From Camelus dromedarius (taxonomy: Eukaryota), in the NCBI RefSeq assembly GCF_036321535.1, contig NC_087437.1, positions 49,850,001 to 49,914,000 on the forward strand: a stretch of DNA of 64,000 bases, written 5' to 3'. Both the position numbers and the translations under genes were made by a program. Below the pieces are notes generated by a model that was given only the letters and a program-made list of their open reading frames with translations, searched no databases and was not told where the DNA came from. Shown piece after piece: positions 61,001 through 64,000 of this stretch; position 1 is the first letter of the stretch; the number at the start of each line of letters is the position of its first letter.

Positions 61001-62486
61001 ACAATGTGAAATGTTTTAGGTCCTATGAATAATTAAGTTTGCATCATTGTGAAATGAACACATAAGCCCACATTTCTATTGAAGTTTATAAGTCCATGGT
61101 TGAGAAGCAAATGTGTATTTCCCTCTGTGGATAGTAATGGCAGAAAGTCATAATGTTTGTTTTGCCTTTGATATAAATTTAAATCAAATGGTCCAAGTTC
61201 AAGTGGACACAAGGAAAATCTGGTTGCTTCTCTGGGCTCATCAAGATCTTAACTCACTTTTCAAACATTTCGGGGCTTTGCAGAATCTGAAACATATTTT
61301 ACTATGCCCCCTTTCCCTTATTTCACAAACCAATGTAATTTTAAAGAAAAATTTAATCCATATGTTTCTGATTAATTTTTACTAAACTCATCAAAATGGT
61401 GTTTTGTAAAAGTGATTTGGTGTCCAAGAAGTCTTTTGAATCTCTCTGTAACAGGCTTTCTTAATGCCATTTCTCTTTGAAGCAGGAAGTTGTGTTTTGC
61501 CAACAGTAAAGAAATTCAAACCCCCAAAGGGTTGAGATCAGTTTAAAACTTCAAGCCTGAGGGCTCTGTGGGGTTCTACACTTGGCAAATAGGTTACTTT
61601 CCTTCTGACTTTGAAATACCTTATTTTCCTTCCACAAGAAATGCTCTATTTATTGTTTTGCTAAAATATGTGTTTAAAACTATCTTCAGAGTCTTTGATA
61701 CATAAAAGTGTATGAGCAAGAAAGCAGGGCCTAATGTTTAATTTACTCTAAAGCAATTTCGTATGATTGTCCATTTGAATCCTTCTTTAATTTCCTTGTT
61801 TCCTGACCCCATACATCTTTATAATTTGAGTTTACCCAAAATTTTACCAGAAGAGGTGACGATAAAGATCTTACAAGCTGGAAATAAGTGCTGGGCAACC
61901 ATTGGCTTTCCTCCTCAGGTTACCCAATATTTCTTGATGTACTAAGCTAACATCTCACACTATATTCTTACTTATGTTGACAACCGAAACTTCAATGCAG
62001 AAGATTTCAAATAATGTGTTCTATGTCACAAGGTGAACCATAATTCACCGTTGGAGAGGTTTGCTAGTTTTTCAGTGTAGTTCATTTCTATTCATATGTT
62101 TAAAGGAAGACCTGTATAATTTCACTTTGTTCTTTATACAGTGGGTGAGAGAGAGGAAGAGAGTGAGACAGAAAACAAAATAGTACGTACAACGAGTTAA
62201 GCATCCAGACCACTGTGGTCCTTTGTCCTTGCTGCCTCCTGGTCATGAAGTGGGAGTGCCCTCTAGTGAAACTTTAAAATCATTGGAAGATACTGGGTGT
62301 AACGTGGTTAAGAATTCCTCCTAAATTTTTGCCTCAAAAAATCTGTGGGCATTAAAAATTTGCATAAGTTTTGAATAGAGAAAAACACAAAATACTATCA
62401 AGTAAAACCATTACTCTAGGAAACAAATAGAAATGAATATATTGGTATCAATACCAAAAAGTCCATGGCTGTAATCTCTGTTTGGC

Positions 62487-62539
62487 ATCTATCTACCTAT
62501 CTAGCTAGCTATCCATCTATCTCTCTGTCTATCTCTCTG

Positions 62540-62603
<64 letters not shown>

Positions 62604-62619
62604 CCTATTCATCCATCTA
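62487..62619 (+). repeat. Compound (TCTA)n tetranucleotide STR
   Basis: (TCTA)16 perfect at 62540-62603 with degenerate flanking units. Confidence 0.95.
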
Positions 62620-62874
62620 GTGAGAGATCCCAAGGACACATAAGTAGCATGTAACTAAAGCCATGATTATATAAATGAAAATTTATATAAAACACAATTA
62701 CTTGTCTCTCAAGAAGATGTGTAGTAAATAAATCACTTTGAAATGTGAAAGTAAAGCAGTAGTAGCAATACACACAAGGGAACAGAACTGAGAAAACACA
62801 TTTTGTCATCTATATTATTCCAAGGCTCTTTGTAGAAAGCAGCATATGCTTATTGTGATGAAATTTGATGTGTT

Positions 62875-63090
62875 CTGGGAAAAGTACAAGATTGGGAGTC
62901 TGTGTCTTGCCCTGGACTTCACTTACCAGCTGTGTGAGTTTAGGAAAAACACTTAACCTCTCTGAGCCTCAGGGTCTTCATCTGCAAAATGGGCTTGGAA
63001 ACACCTTCCCTGCCACCTCATAGGATAGTATTGGATGAGATAAAGTGTGGGAAAGGGTTTTGAAGCTACTTATATTGTGAAGATATTACT
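62875..63090 (+). mobile_element. MIR SINE
   Basis: cacttaccagctgtgtgagtttaggaaaaacacttaacctctctgagcctcagggtcttcatctgcaaaatggg...cctcatagg. Confidence 0.85.
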
Positions 63091-63121
63091 GTTCTGACTT
63101 TTCTGTCTTCCTACTGGAAAG

Positions 63122-63377
63122 ATTTCAAGCCAAGTTCACTTTTATGATGAAGAGGGAGCGAAAGAAGACCCCTCTAAAATCCTATGGAGCCAGGAACGAG
63201 TGACAAAACAGTTTTTCTTCCCAGTCAAGAAGGATCACAGAGAAAGAAACAGGTGGCTCCGAGGAAGGAAGCAGGACCAGACTTTACCACCACAGACCCA
63301 CGGGCTCTCCCGAGCGAGGCTGTGCCGGAGCAGGCTGGGCAGCAGCTGGTGCAGCATCGGGAAGCGCGTCTTCTCAG
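63122..63377 (+). other. Candidate 256-nt exon (identity unknown; coding status unresolved)
   Basis: Branch-like ctgac (63094-63098), pyrimidine tract and AAG| acceptor; cag|gtttgt donor; GC/CpG-enriched; the frame starting at 63122 is stop-free across it and an ATG ORF starts at 63184. Confidence 0.25.
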
Positions 63378-64000
63378 GTTTGTAACAGCAAGTGTCAGTG
63401 AGTCTAATCTCCACCTGACAGCATGGATGCTCCCTGTTTCTGTGCTTTTAATCCCCGTGTGTTGATTACCATCCACACAACATGGTCCCCGGTTTTTGCT
63501 GTCTTTTTAAAATGTAAAATATTTTAGCTTTGTTTGTGCCAACAGTAATAAACTCTTCATTTGCGCAAACAATCTGGTTCTTCCTTTTAGTTGCAGTTAG
63601 TTTAATTTTAGGTTTGTGCTTTTAAAATTTTTTACTCTATACAGCTTGTTTTCAGTGGGGACGTGGTTTCTCACTGGCTGTGTTTGCTTTAAAGAGAGCT
63701 TTATTTTTCCTAAGTCAACTTGTATAGGTACTTTAAACCCATATATTTCGAATTCCAGGTCTCTCAATACTTTTCCTTCTTCTCCTTCTCCTTCTTCCTT
63801 TTCATATTTTTAAGAACACAAGTGTCTTCTATGTACTTACTGCCTGGATTTTCACCATTTATCTTCTGAATGTATGTCTTCTATCTTTTGTCCAGAGTGA
63901 GAAACTGTTTCTAGTTTCTTTGCTCAGAGGTACTTCACATTGTCAGATATGCACAATCAATCTTGCACTTCAACCTTTGTGAAGAAATGCAACAGATGGA

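Noticed and set aside
7500..63400. Assigning a host gene name to the locus
   Set aside because: No exon I can recognise; identification needs a BLAT/synteny search that I cannot run.
1..64000. A novel multi-gene, defence or CRISPR-like system
   Set aside because: The DNA is eukaryotic and repeat-rich, with no operon-like ORF clusters and no repeat-spacer array. All direct repeats I found are TSD pairs or microsatellites.

Overview
This is mammalian genomic DNA, almost certainly camelid (alpaca, llama or camel), judged from two tRNA-derived Vic-1-type SINEs with target-site duplications (TSDs) and cetartiodactyl-type L1 3' ends. I recognise no protein-coding gene: the ORF track is explained by chance, microsatellites and decayed L1 or mariner remnants. 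The window looks intronic or intergenic. It is studded with old MIR, L2, L1M, MaLR, hAT and mariner fossils, with younger lineage-specific insertions nested inside them. Clear items are a processed U6 snRNA pseudogene (14-nt deletion, poly-A, 11-bp TSD), two Vic-1 SINEs both inside MIRs, a roughly 63-bp ultra-truncated L1 with a 17-bp TSD, two MLT1 solo LTRs with TSDs, and a 275-bp pure polypurine (GGAA)n/(GAAA)n tract. Multi-kb repeat-poor blocks contain a CCAAT+GC-box promoter candidate, a weak CpG island, paired HOX/SOX-type motifs and two candidate exons. These suggest, but do not prove, a regulatory landscape or lncRNA locus. I found no evidence of a novel multi-gene system. Repeat family names come from recalled consensus sequences, and boundaries of old repeats are approximate.
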